From Candidatus Subterrananammoxibius californiae (lineage in GTDB: Bacteria > Planctomycetota > Brocadiia > Brocadiales > Subterrananammoxibiaceae), in assembly GCA_030586555.1 (NCBI GenBank), contig JAURAC010000002.1, positions 1 to 64,000 of the forward strand: a DNA stretch of 64,000 nucleotides, in the 5' to 3' direction. This document shows, piece by piece, positions 28,361 to 37,924 of this stretch (its first letter is position 1; every line of letters starts with the position of its first letter). The notes below the pieces were generated by a model. That model searched no databases. It had not been told where the DNA came from and was given only the letters and a program-made list of their open reading frames with translations. The position numbers and the translations under genes are program-made.

Positions 28361-29447
28361 ATTTATACCACGCAGCACATGTGCCTTCACTTGAGACCAT
28401 GCATGCCCCCACGGGATGCTCTGGAGTACAAACCTTTTTGAAAAGCTTACATTCAGGTGGTATTTTTACTCCCCTTAGAATATCCCCACAGATACACCTA
28501 CCTTTAAATGTAGATTGAGGAATGCAGATTGCGGAATGTTCCGTGTTCGAATGAGCATTGAATCTTGCATAACAATCTCTTAGTTTAAGACCACTTTCAG
28601 GAATAAGCCCCAGACCACGCCACTCAGCATCACATGGTTCAAAAACCCTGTCTAATAGGGCTAAGGCTGTTGGATTCCCCTCCTGCTTTGCTACCCTTGA
28701 ATACTGAATCTTGACGCTTGCTTCCTTTTTTACGATTTGTTCAAGTAGCATATATATCCCATGCAGGATGTCTAACGGTTCAAAGCCAGCGATAACGCAT
28801 GGGACATGAAAATCTTTAGCTATAAACTCATAAGGTCTTGACCCAATAATAGTGCTTACATGTGCAGGACATATAAATCCATCAAGGTTTAACTCTTTGT
28901 CTTTTAGCAGCGCCTTCATAGCGGGTGGCATTACCTTATGAGAGGTAAGAACAAAATAGTTCTTTAAACCCCTCCTTTCCGCTTCAATAATAGAGGCTGC
29001 AACAGTTGGAGCGGTAGTCTCAAAGCCCACACCTAAGAACACAACCTGTTTTTCTGGATATTTTTCTGCCAGACTAAGGGCATCAAGCGTCGAATAAACC
29101 ACTGCAACGGAAGCCCCCTTAGCCTTTTCCTTTTCGAGACTTGAGGTGGAGCCAGGTACCCTCATCATATCGCCAAATGTGGTTATTAATAAGTCTTTCC
29201 TTTGTGACATGGCTACGGCAGTGTCTATATAACTAACAGGGGTTACGCATACAGGACATCCAGGACCAGAAAGCAGCCTTATATTTGGCGGAAGTAACCT
29301 TTTCAATCCGTACCTGTAAACTGACATGGTATGGGTGCCACATACCTCCATAATGGTAATCCTATCGCAACTTTCAACAAGGGTAGCGATTCTTTTAGAT
29401 AACTCTATCGCAATAGCCCCATCACGAAATTCATCTATATATTTCAT
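28350..29447 (-). CDS. hypD: Hydrogenase maturation protein HypD
   Basis: MEVCGTHT, GPGCPVC, GFETTAP, CMVSSEG.CAA. Confidence 0.97.
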   Translation of the reverse strand: MKYIDEFRDGAIAIELSKRIATLVESCDRITIMEVCGTHTMSVYRYGLKRLLPPNIRLLSGPGCPVCVTPVSYIDTAVAMSQRKDLLITTFGDMMRVPGSTSSLEKEKAKGASVAVVYSTLDALSLAEKYPEKQVVFLGVGFETTAPTVAASIIEAERRGLKNYFVLTSHKVMPPAMKALLKDKELNLDGFICPAHVSTIIGSRPYEFIAKDFHVPCVIAGFEPLDILHGIYMLLEQIVKKEASVKIQYSRVAKQEGNPTALALLDRVFEPCDAEWRGLGLIPESGLKLRDCYARFNAHSNTEHSAICIPQSTFKGRCICGDILRGVKIPPECKLFKKVCTPEHPVGACMVSSEGTCAAWYKYGE

Positions 29448-29700
29448 GCTTTAGGTTCAAAATGCAGGGGCGTATTGCAATACGCCCCTGCACCCTCATA
29501 CCTTCAAGTAGTGCAACCGTCTCGGCAGCTTCCTTTTCATCCAATTTCTGAATGGCGTATCCTGCATGTACTATTACATAATCACCAACCTTCACATTTT
29601 CTAATAGCTGAAGTCCAATCTCGCGCTCGAGACCACCAAGTTCAGCCACACCCGTAACGCCGTTATTTTTAATAAGCTTCATTGGAACGCCTAAACACAT
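29431..29700 (-). CDS. hypC: Hydrogenase maturation chaperone HypC
   Basis: MCLGVP, VGDYVIVHAGYAI; C-terminal tail read through a perfect 30-bp palindrome (29463-29492). Confidence 0.95.
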   Translation of the reverse strand: MCLGVPMKLIKNNGVTGVAELGGLEREIGLQLLENVKVGDYVIVHAGYAIQKLDEKEAAETVALLEGMRVQGRIAIRPCILNLKHEIYR

Positions 29701-32093
29701 GTCTTATACCTCTCGTTGGCAATAACTGCCTGCCCTAATGAAATTCCGCCATCGTTGCAAGGAACCTTGTGATGAGAATATACTTTAAAGCCTTGCAATG
29801 TAAGTTTTTCTAAAAGCCGAGTGAAAATGAAGTTGTTCTGGAATACACCACCAGATAGTACAACATCATTGTAGGGGCGACCCGCCAGGTCGCACCTACT
29901 GGTACGAATCATTGTACATACTTGTAATACCATCTCCACTATCGAATTATGGAACCTCGCAGAAATCACAGAGCTTGCAGTCCTTCGTTTCGTATCCTCT
30001 ATTACATGCTCAATGATTTGCTGCCAGCATATAATAGTGTAGGGGCGACCCGGCGGGTCGCCCCTACCCGCTATAACATCAATATCAAATGGATAATACT
30101 CCGTTATTTGCTCATCGGCAATCAATTCGAGTTCAACTGCCGCCTGACCTTCGTAGTTAATAGAATGTCTCAAACCAAGGATTGAGGCTACGCCATCGAA
30201 TAATCGCCCAATGCTTGACGTTAAAGGCGAATTAATACGTTGTGATAACATCTTAAGGAATATGCTTAATTTTGCGTGAACTAATCTTTCTATATAATCA
30301 GATAAGGGTATATTTTCACCATAGACATGATAAAGATAGGAAATAGCCATACGCCACGGCTCCTTAATGGCTTGCTCACCGCCTGGCATAGGAACATAAT
30401 CAAGATGACCTACACGCTCATATCCTGAAAGGTCCACGACAAAGAACTCACTACCCCAGAAATTGCCATCGTCCCCGTAACCCAACCCATCAAATGCCAC
30501 ACCAATTACCTTATGATTAATCCCATTCTCAGCCATACAGCTTGCAATGTGGGCGTGATGGTGTTGGACTCCTATGCTCGATTGCGGAATTAAAATGTTT
30601 TCCTTTTTGCTTTCCGCATTCCGCATTCTGCATTCCGCATTTGCAAGGGCATACTTTGTAGAAAGATATTCTGGATGAAGGTCGTAGGCAATCGCCTCTG
30701 GCTCAATGTAAAAGAGCTTTTTATAATGCTCAATAGCTGACTCAAAAGAGTGCAAGGTTTCAGTATTCTCTAAATCTCCTATATGATGACTTAAGAAGGC
30801 ATGATTTCCACGTGCCAGACAGAATGTGTTTTTAAGAAATGCCCCACAGGCAAGGATGGGCCTCTCGAAGGTGTACTCGAGCCTCAATGGATATGGCGCA
30901 TAACCCCTCGACCTGCGGACAATTATTTCGCCACCTTCGTTTATTCTTACAACCGAATCATCACATCTCATAAAGATTTCACGATTATGTACAAGGAAAT
31001 AGTCTGCAATCCCCTTAAGTCTTACATAAGCCTCTTTGTCGTTATAAGCAATTGGTTCATCGCTAATATTGCCACTCGTCATTACCAGCTGTAGGGGTGA
31101 ACGGCCGTCCGCCCCTACAATTATTAGATGGTGAAGCGGGGTATAAGGGAGCATCACACCAAGGTATTTGTTTTTAGGAGCGACCTCTGAAGCGATTGCA
31201 CAATCACTTCTTTTTCTGAGCAGAACAATAGGTCTTCGCACGGAAAGTAAGAGGGTTTCTTCCTTAGCATTAACATGGCAGAACCGTCTTACAGTCTCTA
31301 TGTTTTCCATCATTACGGCAAATGGTTTGTCTTCCCTGTACTTTCTTTTCCTCAGCGTAGAAACGGCTTCGCTATTCATAGCATCGCAGGCAAGATGATA
31401 ACCGCCGAGTCCTTTGACGGCGATTATTTTTCCCTCATTAAGAAGGGCACAGGCGGTAGAAATTGGGTCTTGAGTCTTGAGTCCTGAGTCTTTACTCCCG
31501 ACTCCCGACTCTCGACTCACGACTCTTAATGTTAATTCAGGACCGCAAACAGGGCAGGCATTGGGTTGGGCATGAAACCTTCTATTTGTAGGGTCATGAT
31601 ATTCCTTACTGCAATCTGGACACATGGTAAAACCTGACATCGTTGTTTTTCCCCTGTCATAAGGAATATCCTTTACGATAGTAAAGCGGGGACCGCAGTT
31701 CGTACAGTTAATAAATGGATAGCGATAACGGCGGTCCTTTGGGTTGAATAGTTCTTTAAGACAATCGGGGCAGGTTGCAAGGTCTGCAGAAATCATCGCC
31801 TCTTTGCTGTCTTTAATGGCGCTTTCCTTAATAATAAAGTTCATGTAACCTACGGCAGGAAGGGTTGTACAGTTGATATCCTCTATAATGGCTTGAGGTG
31901 GAGGCGATTCTAAAAGGTAAGCAAGAAACTCCTTCACAGAGTCATCGTTGCCTTCAACATCTATTAAAACACCGTCTGTATCATTTTGCACAAAACCCGA
32001 TAAGGAAAATCTTTTGGCGAGATTATAAACGAAGGGTCTGAAACCCACCCCTTGAACAAGTCCCCTGGCAGAAATTTGCATCCTTTTTGGCAT
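29691..32093 (-). CDS. hypF: Carbamoyltransferase HypF
   Basis: G.VQGVGFRPF, CPDC/CTNCGPR zinc fingers, KGLGGYHL, MTSGN, QHHHAH, GGVFQN, NDGGISLGQ. Confidence 0.97.
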   Translation of the reverse strand: MPKRMQISARGLVQGVGFRPFVYNLAKRFSLSGFVQNDTDGVLIDVEGNDDSVKEFLAYLLESPPPQAIIEDINCTTLPAVGYMNFIIKESAIKDSKEAMISADLATCPDCLKELFNPKDRRYRYPFINCTNCGPRFTIVKDIPYDRGKTTMSGFTMCPDCSKEYHDPTNRRFHAQPNACPVCGPELTLRVVSRESGVGSKDSGLKTQDPISTACALLNEGKIIAVKGLGGYHLACDAMNSEAVSTLRKRKYREDKPFAVMMENIETVRRFCHVNAKEETLLLSVRRPIVLLRKRSDCAIASEVAPKNKYLGVMLPYTPLHHLIIVGADGRSPLQLVMTSGNISDEPIAYNDKEAYVRLKGIADYFLVHNREIFMRCDDSVVRINEGGEIIVRRSRGYAPYPLRLEYTFERPILACGAFLKNTFCLARGNHAFLSHHIGDLENTETLHSFESAIEHYKKLFYIEPEAIAYDLHPEYLSTKYALANAECRMRNAESKKENILIPQSSIGVQHHHAHIASCMAENGINHKVIGVAFDGLGYGDDGNFWGSEFFVVDLSGYERVGHLDYVPMPGGEQAIKEPWRMAISYLYHVYGENIPLSDYIERLVHAKLSIFLKMLSQRINSPLTSSIGRLFDGVASILGLRHSINYEGQAAVELELIADEQITEYYPFDIDVIAGRGDPPGRPYTIICWQQIIEHVIEDTKRRTASSVISARFHNSIVEMVLQVCTMIRTSRCDLAGRPYNDVVLSGGVFQNNFIFTRLLEKLTLQGFKVYSHHKVPCNDGGISLGQAVIANERYKTCV

Positions 32094-32171
32094 GTCACGC
32101 CTAAGGCGGATTCGCCAATTTTTTTGGCGAAACTGCCGTCCTGCATAAACAAAGGTTAACCCCTTTTATTA

Positions 32172-34673
32172 TTATACCAACAAACCCTCATAAATAAAGC
32201 CTTTTGTATTTTCTGCGACAAGTTCCGGGTCAACCTGAATCCTTGCAACACCTGTGTCCATTGCAGCCTTTGCAACGGCAGCGGCTACGGCAGGAGGAAC
32301 TCGGAAGTCCATTCCGCTCGGTATGACGTATTCCGGCTTTAGTTCTTTATCCGATACAAGGCTTGCAATGGCATGGGCGGCGGCTATCTTCATCTCCTCA
32401 TTAATACACCTTGCCCTCGCATCAAGAGCGCCCCGAAAAAGTCCCGGGAAGCAGAGGCAATTATTTATTTGATTATCATAATCAGAACGTCCTGTGCCTA
32501 CAATCCTTGCCCCTCCAGCCTTTGCATCCTCTGGCATAATCTCAGGGATAGGATTTGCCATTGCGAAGACAATTGCGTCCTTAGCCATCGTCTGAACCAT
32601 TTCTTTTGTAACTACCCTGGCGGCAGAAACTCCAATAAATACATCACATCCGCACATAGCATCAGCCAGCGTACCTTTTAGTTTTTGGATATTTGTAACC
32701 CTTGCAATCTCATCCTTTGCAGGGTTCATATTTACCTCCCTGCCTTCGTAGATTATGCCCTTTGTATCGCACAATGTTAAATCCTTCACGCCTGTGGAAA
32801 GCAAGAGTTTCGCAATTGCAATGCCAGCGGCTCCAGCGCCATTTACTGCCACCTTAATATTAGAAAAGTCCTTGCCAACAAATTTCAGGGCGTTAATTAG
32901 CCCGCCAAGCACTACGGTAGCAGCACCATGCTGGTCATCGTGAAATACGGGGATATCTAATTCCTTTTTAAGTTGCTCCTCAACATAAAAACAACGCGGT
33001 GCGGAAATATCCTCAAGATTAATGCCTCCAAAGGCTGGCGCTATATGCTTTACCACATTAACAATCTCATCCGGGTCATCGGTAGCAAGACATATCGGAA
33101 AGGCTTCTACCCCTGCAAAGGCATGGAAAAGCACCGCCTTACCCTCCATTACCGGCAGTCCAGCCCTTGGACCGATATTGCCCAAGCCAAGCACCGCAGT
33201 GCCATCCGTAACAATAGCTACAAAGTTGCCTTTTGTTGTGTAATCAAAGACCTTTGTTTTGTCCTTCTCAATCTCCTTTACAGGCGACATTGCAGCTGGA
33301 GGCAGAAAGAGAAGATTAAGGATATAATCGTCCTTAACAGGTATCTTACTCTTTACCTCAAGCACCCCTCTGTATCTTGAGCGTAGCTCAAGCGCTTCTT
33401 CGGATAAAGACATCTTCTTATGCGATTTTGGAGGCACAGGCATACGCCCTTCGTAGACAAATCTTCGTGTTCTTTCTGCAATTTCTTCAGGGTCAACCTT
33501 AATCCTCGCCTCGCCAGTGGCGATGGCTGCCTTAGCAACAGCGGCAGCTATTGCAGGAGCAACACGAAAATCAAAGACCTTTGGCAATATGTGTTCAGCG
33601 CTGAGTTCTTCGTCTGATACAATGCCTGCCAGCGCATCAGCCGCTGCCTGTACCATTGTACTATTCATGTTGCGTGCTTGAATGTCAAGCACACCCCTAA
33701 AAACCCCTGGAAACACAAGGGCTATATCCATCTGATTGCGGAAGTCGGAGCGTCCCGTGGCAACGACTTTTACGCCCCCCTTTTTAGCCTCAGCTGGTAG
33801 TATTTCTGGCTCTGGCACTGCAAGGGCAAATACAATGGGGTCTTTTGCCATGGCGCTGACCATTTCGGCTGTCAGCAGGTTTCCAGCAGAAAGACCGACA
33901 AATAAATCTGCTCCTTTAATAACCTCAGCAAGGCTTCCTTTTATGCAATCTGGGTTGGTCATCCTTGCAACTTCCCACTTTGCCCAGTTCATTCTTTGCA
34001 TGCGGTACTTGTAAATAGCCCCCGCCCTATCACAGAGTATGAGATACTTCACGCCTGCTTTAACTAATGCCTTTGCCACTCCAATCCCCGCTGCGCCAGC
34101 GCCATTTATTACCACGCGAATTTCATCTATCTTTTTGTTGACGATTTTAAGGGCATTCTTTAAACCGGCAAGGACCTCAATTGCTGCGGCATGATGGTGG
34201 TTGTGAAAGACGGGGATATTGGTTGCTCGACTCAGGTGGTCTTCAATGGTAAAACACCGCGGAGACGATATGTCTTCTAAGCATACAGCGCCAAAGGTAG
34301 GCGAAAGGGTTGTTACGGTCTGAATTATCTCGAATGTGTCCTGGGTGTCGAGGCAGATGGGGATTGCGTCAACCCCTGCAAATGTTTTAAAGATGACCGC
34401 CTTGCCCACCATTATGGGTAATGCAGCCTCAGGTTCTACATTAACGGAGCTTAGTACGTGTGAGCCATCGGTAACTATGGCAACGGTGTTTCCTCGACAT
34501 GTATAATCAAAGCATGTTCTGGGATTCTTTGCTATCTCGAGACATGCGGCGGCAACCCCGGGGGTATAGACAAGGCTTAATATCGCCCTATCCTTAATCG
34601 GCACCTTGCTTTCAACACCGATTATCCCTTTAAACCTTCGCCTGTACTCGAGGGCTTCTTGTTCTGGTTTCAC
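32172..34673 (-). CDS. Tandem-duplicated NAD(P)-dependent malic enzyme (two ME units in one chain)
   Basis: Two roughly 410-aa ME units, each with EAL..R....G...V.SK.P.KD, FG...LEDIS.PRCF, NGAGAAG and DFRV.PA.AAAVAKAA..TG.ARI.VDPE. Confidence 0.93.
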   Translation of the reverse strand: MKPEQEALEYRRRFKGIIGVESKVPIKDRAILSLVYTPGVAAACLEIAKNPRTCFDYTCRGNTVAIVTDGSHVLSSVNVEPEAALPIMVGKAVIFKTFAGVDAIPICLDTQDTFEIIQTVTTLSPTFGAVCLEDISSPRCFTIEDHLSRATNIPVFHNHHHAAAIEVLAGLKNALKIVNKKIDEIRVVINGAGAAGIGVAKALVKAGVKYLILCDRAGAIYKYRMQRMNWAKWEVARMTNPDCIKGSLAEVIKGADLFVGLSAGNLLTAEMVSAMAKDPIVFALAVPEPEILPAEAKKGGVKVVATGRSDFRNQMDIALVFPGVFRGVLDIQARNMNSTMVQAAADALAGIVSDEELSAEHILPKVFDFRVAPAIAAAVAKAAIATGEARIKVDPEEIAERTRRFVYEGRMPVPPKSHKKMSLSEEALELRSRYRGVLEVKSKIPVKDDYILNLLFLPPAAMSPVKEIEKDKTKVFDYTTKGNFVAIVTDGTAVLGLGNIGPRAGLPVMEGKAVLFHAFAGVEAFPICLATDDPDEIVNVVKHIAPAFGGINLEDISAPRCFYVEEQLKKELDIPVFHDDQHGAATVVLGGLINALKFVGKDFSNIKVAVNGAGAAGIAIAKLLLSTGVKDLTLCDTKGIIYEGREVNMNPAKDEIARVTNIQKLKGTLADAMCGCDVFIGVSAARVVTKEMVQTMAKDAIVFAMANPIPEIMPEDAKAGGARIVGTGRSDYDNQINNCLCFPGLFRGALDARARCINEEMKIAAAHAIASLVSDKELKPEYVIPSGMDFRVPPAVAAAVAKAAMDTGVARIQVDPELVAENTKGFIYEGLLV

Positions 34674-34744
34674 GGTGATGGCTCCTTAATTGTTACCACC
34701 CTCATAAGGGCAGGTTTGAAACCTGCCCCTACAATTTTTTAGAT

Positions 34745-35827
34745 TTAAAACTTATCGAAATAGATGTCTGACTCTTTTACGCCTTTGGTGGTGAGAACCT
34801 TTACCGCAGCGTCAATCATAGGTGGTGGTCCACAGAGATATCCTTCTACATTTCCAAAGTCTTTAATATATTTTGGAATTGCAAGGTGGATGAAGCCTGT
34901 ATCACCCGTCCAGTTATCCTCTGGACTTGTTACGGAAAGGGCTGGAATAAATTTGAAGTTCGGGTGTTCTTTCTCCATCTTCCGGAATTCCTCAACATAA
35001 AAAAGGTCCCTCTTTTGTCTTGCGCCAAAGAAGTACGTAACCTTTCTATCGGTGCCCTTTTCAAAAAGGTGGTATATTATACACTTTATCGGGGCAACAC
35101 CAGAACCACCTGCAACACAGACAATCTCTTTTTGGGATTCTTCCCTTAAATAGAAATTACCATAAGGACCGGTAACGGTGGCAGTATCGCCCTTCTTTAA
35201 TACCTTGAACATATAGGTCGTGCAAAGGCCTTCAGGAACCAACCTGACAATTAAATCTACGAAATCCTTCTGACCTGGAACAGAGGCAATTGAATATGCC
35301 CTAAACTCTGGGGTTTTGGGTATCTGGAATTGAACGTATTGACCAGCTTTGAAATTAATAGTATCTGGTTCCAATAATTTTAGCCTGAACAGCTTCATAT
35401 CATATGTAAGGTCTTGAATCTCTTCGACGACTGTCTTATATTCCTTGGCAAATAGCAGTTCTTCGGGTATGAAGACCTCGATATCAGATTTTACCTTGAC
35501 CTGGCATGATATTCTCACGTTATCCTTGAGCTCTTTTTTTGAAAGAAACGGCATCTCGGTGGGAAGTACCAGCCCGCCTCCTTTAGCTATTTTTACCTTG
35601 CAGAAACCACATGTGGCTCTACCACCGCATGCAGAAGGGATAAAAATCTTATTCTCGAATAAATAGTAAAGCAGGCTATTGCCGCCAATGACATTAATAG
35701 TCTTGTCTTTGTTCAGTGTGATGTTGCATGGGCCGTATGTGGCGAGGAAATAATCTACAAGTGCGAGGATAATCCCCAGCACACCAACAATAGCTAACAT
35801 AATAATTATGGGCCAGATGTATGCCAT
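34745..35827 (-). CDS. nqrF: NqrF-like membrane-anchored 2Fe-2S/FAD/NAD oxidoreductase subunit
   Basis: N-terminal TM, PSACGG.ATCG.CK, RISCQ, RAYS, GGSG.AP, YLCGPP, YFDKF. Confidence 0.85.
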   Translation of the reverse strand: MAYIWPIIIMLAIVGVLGIILALVDYFLATYGPCNITLNKDKTINVIGGNSLLYYLFENKIFIPSACGGRATCGFCKVKIAKGGGLVLPTEMPFLSKKELKDNVRISCQVKVKSDIEVFIPEELLFAKEYKTVVEEIQDLTYDMKLFRLKLLEPDTINFKAGQYVQFQIPKTPEFRAYSIASVPGQKDFVDLIVRLVPEGLCTTYMFKVLKKGDTATVTGPYGNFYLREESQKEIVCVAGGSGVAPIKCIIYHLFEKGTDRKVTYFFGARQKRDLFYVEEFRKMEKEHPNFKFIPALSVTSPEDNWTGDTGFIHLAIPKYIKDFGNVEGYLCGPPPMIDAAVKVLTTKGVKESDIYFDKF

Positions 35828-35877
35828 AATAAGTTTAAGAGTTTAAGAGTTACGAGTCTGGAGTCAAGACTTATTAC

Positions 35878-36456
35878 TCATGTTTTAACGATTCCGAGGA
35901 GCCCGGTAAAAGCAAGTGCCATTATGCCGGCAATAATGACGGTTATACCGGGACCTTCAAGCGCCCTTGGAACATTTGAAAATCTGAGCTTCGTTCTTAT
36001 TCCTGCCATAGCAACTATAGCAAGAAGCCACCCGATTCCTGCTCCTGTACCGTAAGCGAGGCTTTCCATATAGTTATACTCCCATACAGTCATAAAGAGG
36101 GCAAGACCAAAGATGGCGCAGTTTACGGTTATAAGAGGAAGGAAAACGCCGAGGTTTATATAAAGTGTGGGGGAAGACCTTTCTATAATAATTTCTACAA
36201 CCTGAACAAGGGCAGCAATAACAGCGATATACACTGGATACTGAAGATACTCAAGATGAGCAGGTACTAAAATGTAATGATTTATAGGCCAGTTTATTGC
36301 TGCAGTGAGCATCATCACAAAGGTAACGGCGGTGCCCATGCTCGTGGCGGTCTTAATATCGCCTGAAACGGCTATAAACGGACACATTCCGAGGAAATAA
36401 TTTAAAAGAATGTTGTTCGTAAAAATCCCTGCGATAAATATAGAGAGAAATCTCAT
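35878..36456 (-). CDS. RnfA/NqrE-family membrane subunit
   Basis: FLGMCPF, IAALVQ..E, LG.FLPLITVNCAI.G. Confidence 0.92.
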   Translation of the reverse strand: MRFLSIFIAGIFTNNILLNYFLGMCPFIAVSGDIKTATSMGTAVTFVMMLTAAINWPINHYILVPAHLEYLQYPVYIAVIAALVQVVEIIIERSSPTLYINLGVFLPLITVNCAIFGLALFMTVWEYNYMESLAYGTGAGIGWLLAIVAMAGIRTKLRFSNVPRALEGPGITVIIAGIMALAFTGLLGIVKT

Positions 36457-36474
36457 GTTTCACCTCCTCGAATT

Positions 36475-36548
36475 TGTCATGCCGAACCTGTTTCGGCATC
36501 TCTTATTACGACATCCAAAACAGACCCTGAAACAAGTTCAGGGTAACA
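36475..36548. repeat. TGTCAT-family palindromic doublet, intergenic
   Basis: TGTCATGCCGAACCTGTTTCGGCATCT...AGACCCTGAAACAAGTTCAGGGTAACA. Confidence 0.75.
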
Positions 36549-36569
36549 TGTTGGGGGTTCCCTTACTTT

Positions 36570-37187
36570 TCACTTTTTAGCTATCCAGGGCTTTGTGATG
36601 GCACGCATTACCCACATGTAGATGCCGAGTACGAAAAATCCACCCGGAGCAATTATCATAATGACCCAGCTTTCCCACCATTTGCCCATCAGAGGAATGT
36701 TCATAATGCTTCCAAATCCCAGAACTTCTCTGACAAGGGAGATTACAAACAGAGACACTGCATAACCTAATCCAGTACCAAGGGCATCGAGAAAAGAATG
36801 CCAGGGTCCGTTACTTGAGGCAAATGATTCAGCGCGTCCCATAACGATACAGTTGGTAATGATTAGCCCTACATAAGCCCCTAATGTGGAGCTCATCTCT
36901 GGATAATATGCCTTGAGATACTGGTCAATAAAAACGACGTATACGGCTATAACTACGGTATAAACCGCCATTCTAACTCGCTTTGGGGTGACATTTCTTA
37001 TAAGGGAAATCGTTACTGAACTCGCACAGGTGGTTAAGGTAACAGCAATCCCCATGACCATAGTATTAAGGGCATTATTTGTTACTGCAAGCGCAGAACA
37101 GATTCCGAGTATCATTCCAAAGGTGGGATTGTTCTTCCAAAACACATCATGAAATACCTTATAGCCTTTAGTTTGAGCTATGCTCAT
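36570..37187 (-). CDS. RnfE/NqrD-family membrane subunit
   Basis: NNP....LGICSALAVT, GLIITNCIVMGRAE, RE.LG.G, PGGFF. Confidence 0.92.
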   Translation of the reverse strand: MSIAQTKGYKVFHDVFWKNNPTFGMILGICSALAVTNNALNTMVMGIAVTLTTCASSVTISLIRNVTPKRVRMAVYTVVIAVYVVFIDQYLKAYYPEMSSTLGAYVGLIITNCIVMGRAESFASSNGPWHSFLDALGTGLGYAVSLFVISLVREVLGFGSIMNIPLMGKWWESWVIMIIAPGGFFVLGIYMWVMRAITKPWIAKK

Positions 37188-37216
37188 TGCAACCTCCCTT
37201 CCTCCTTAATTTTGTT

Positions 37217-37308
37217 GGTAGACAACGAGGTTTACCTCGTTGATGTTTTCGATTCAACGAACATAAAGCTGAAAGTCCGCCATCTTTTGGGTGGGTTCGT
37301 TGTCTACC
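37217..37308. mobile_element. 92-bp MITE/REPIN-like element, copy 2
   Basis: Same GGTAGACAACGA...TCGTTGTCTACC ends and length as 20767-20858; provides the TAG stop of the RnfG/NqrC gene. Confidence 0.75.
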
Positions 37309-37924
37309 GGTAAGACACAGGTGCTTTGCCTTTACCGAGCTTTTCAAAGAAAATCTTGGCATTTTTGTTTATAATAGTTTCGAGCGCCTTACTGGTTTGT
37401 GTTGCACCGGTAACTCCATCAACCTCGTTTGTACCAACAGCCTTTCTATAAGAAACAATAGTAAAGTTAGGCTTTATTTTTTTCCCTTTAAATTGAGCTT
37501 GAAACTCTGGCTCTATTATGCGGGCTCCAAGTCCCGGGGTCTCCGTTTGAGAAAGAATCTTTATGTCTTTTATGGTTTCAAGGTCTGGCTCAAGCGCTAT
37601 TATAGCGGATATGGGCGCCCAGAATCCCGGACCATCAACTTCAAAGGCAACAGCGGCTAATTTCTCACCTTCTTTGTCTTTACCATACAACTCATAGTGG
37701 ACGAAGTCTTCTTCTATTTTGGGCTTAACGCCCTTTTTGAAGACCGCATCAAGGTTCTCTTCCGTATATGAAATACCAAAGACATCGAGGACAGTCTTTT
37801 TAAGCTTTGTCTCTTTATTATAGGCAACAATTGGTGCTGTATAAACATTAATTACCCCTAACATTGCCGCACTAACACCACCCACAATGAGCAGCAAAGT
37901 CACCATCCAGATTCTACTCTTCAC
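37304..37924 (-). CDS. RnfG/NqrC-family FMN-binding subunit
   Basis: G.GFWAPI, ETPGLGA.I, VDGVTGAT.TS flavinylation motif. Confidence 0.92.
   Translation of the reverse strand: MKSRIWMVTLLLIVGGVSAAMLGVINVYTAPIVAYNKETKLKKTVLDVFGISYTEENLDAVFKKGVKPKIEEDFVHYELYGKDKEGEKLAAVAFEVDGPGFWAPISAIIALEPDLETIKDIKILSQTETPGLGARIIEPEFQAQFKGKKIKPNFTIVSYRKAVGTNEVDGVTGATQTSKALETIINKNAKIFFEKLGKGKAPVSYR

Noticed and set aside
27269..32093. Absence of hypA and hypB from the hyp cluster
   Set aside because: These genes are often encoded elsewhere; absence cannot be judged from one window.
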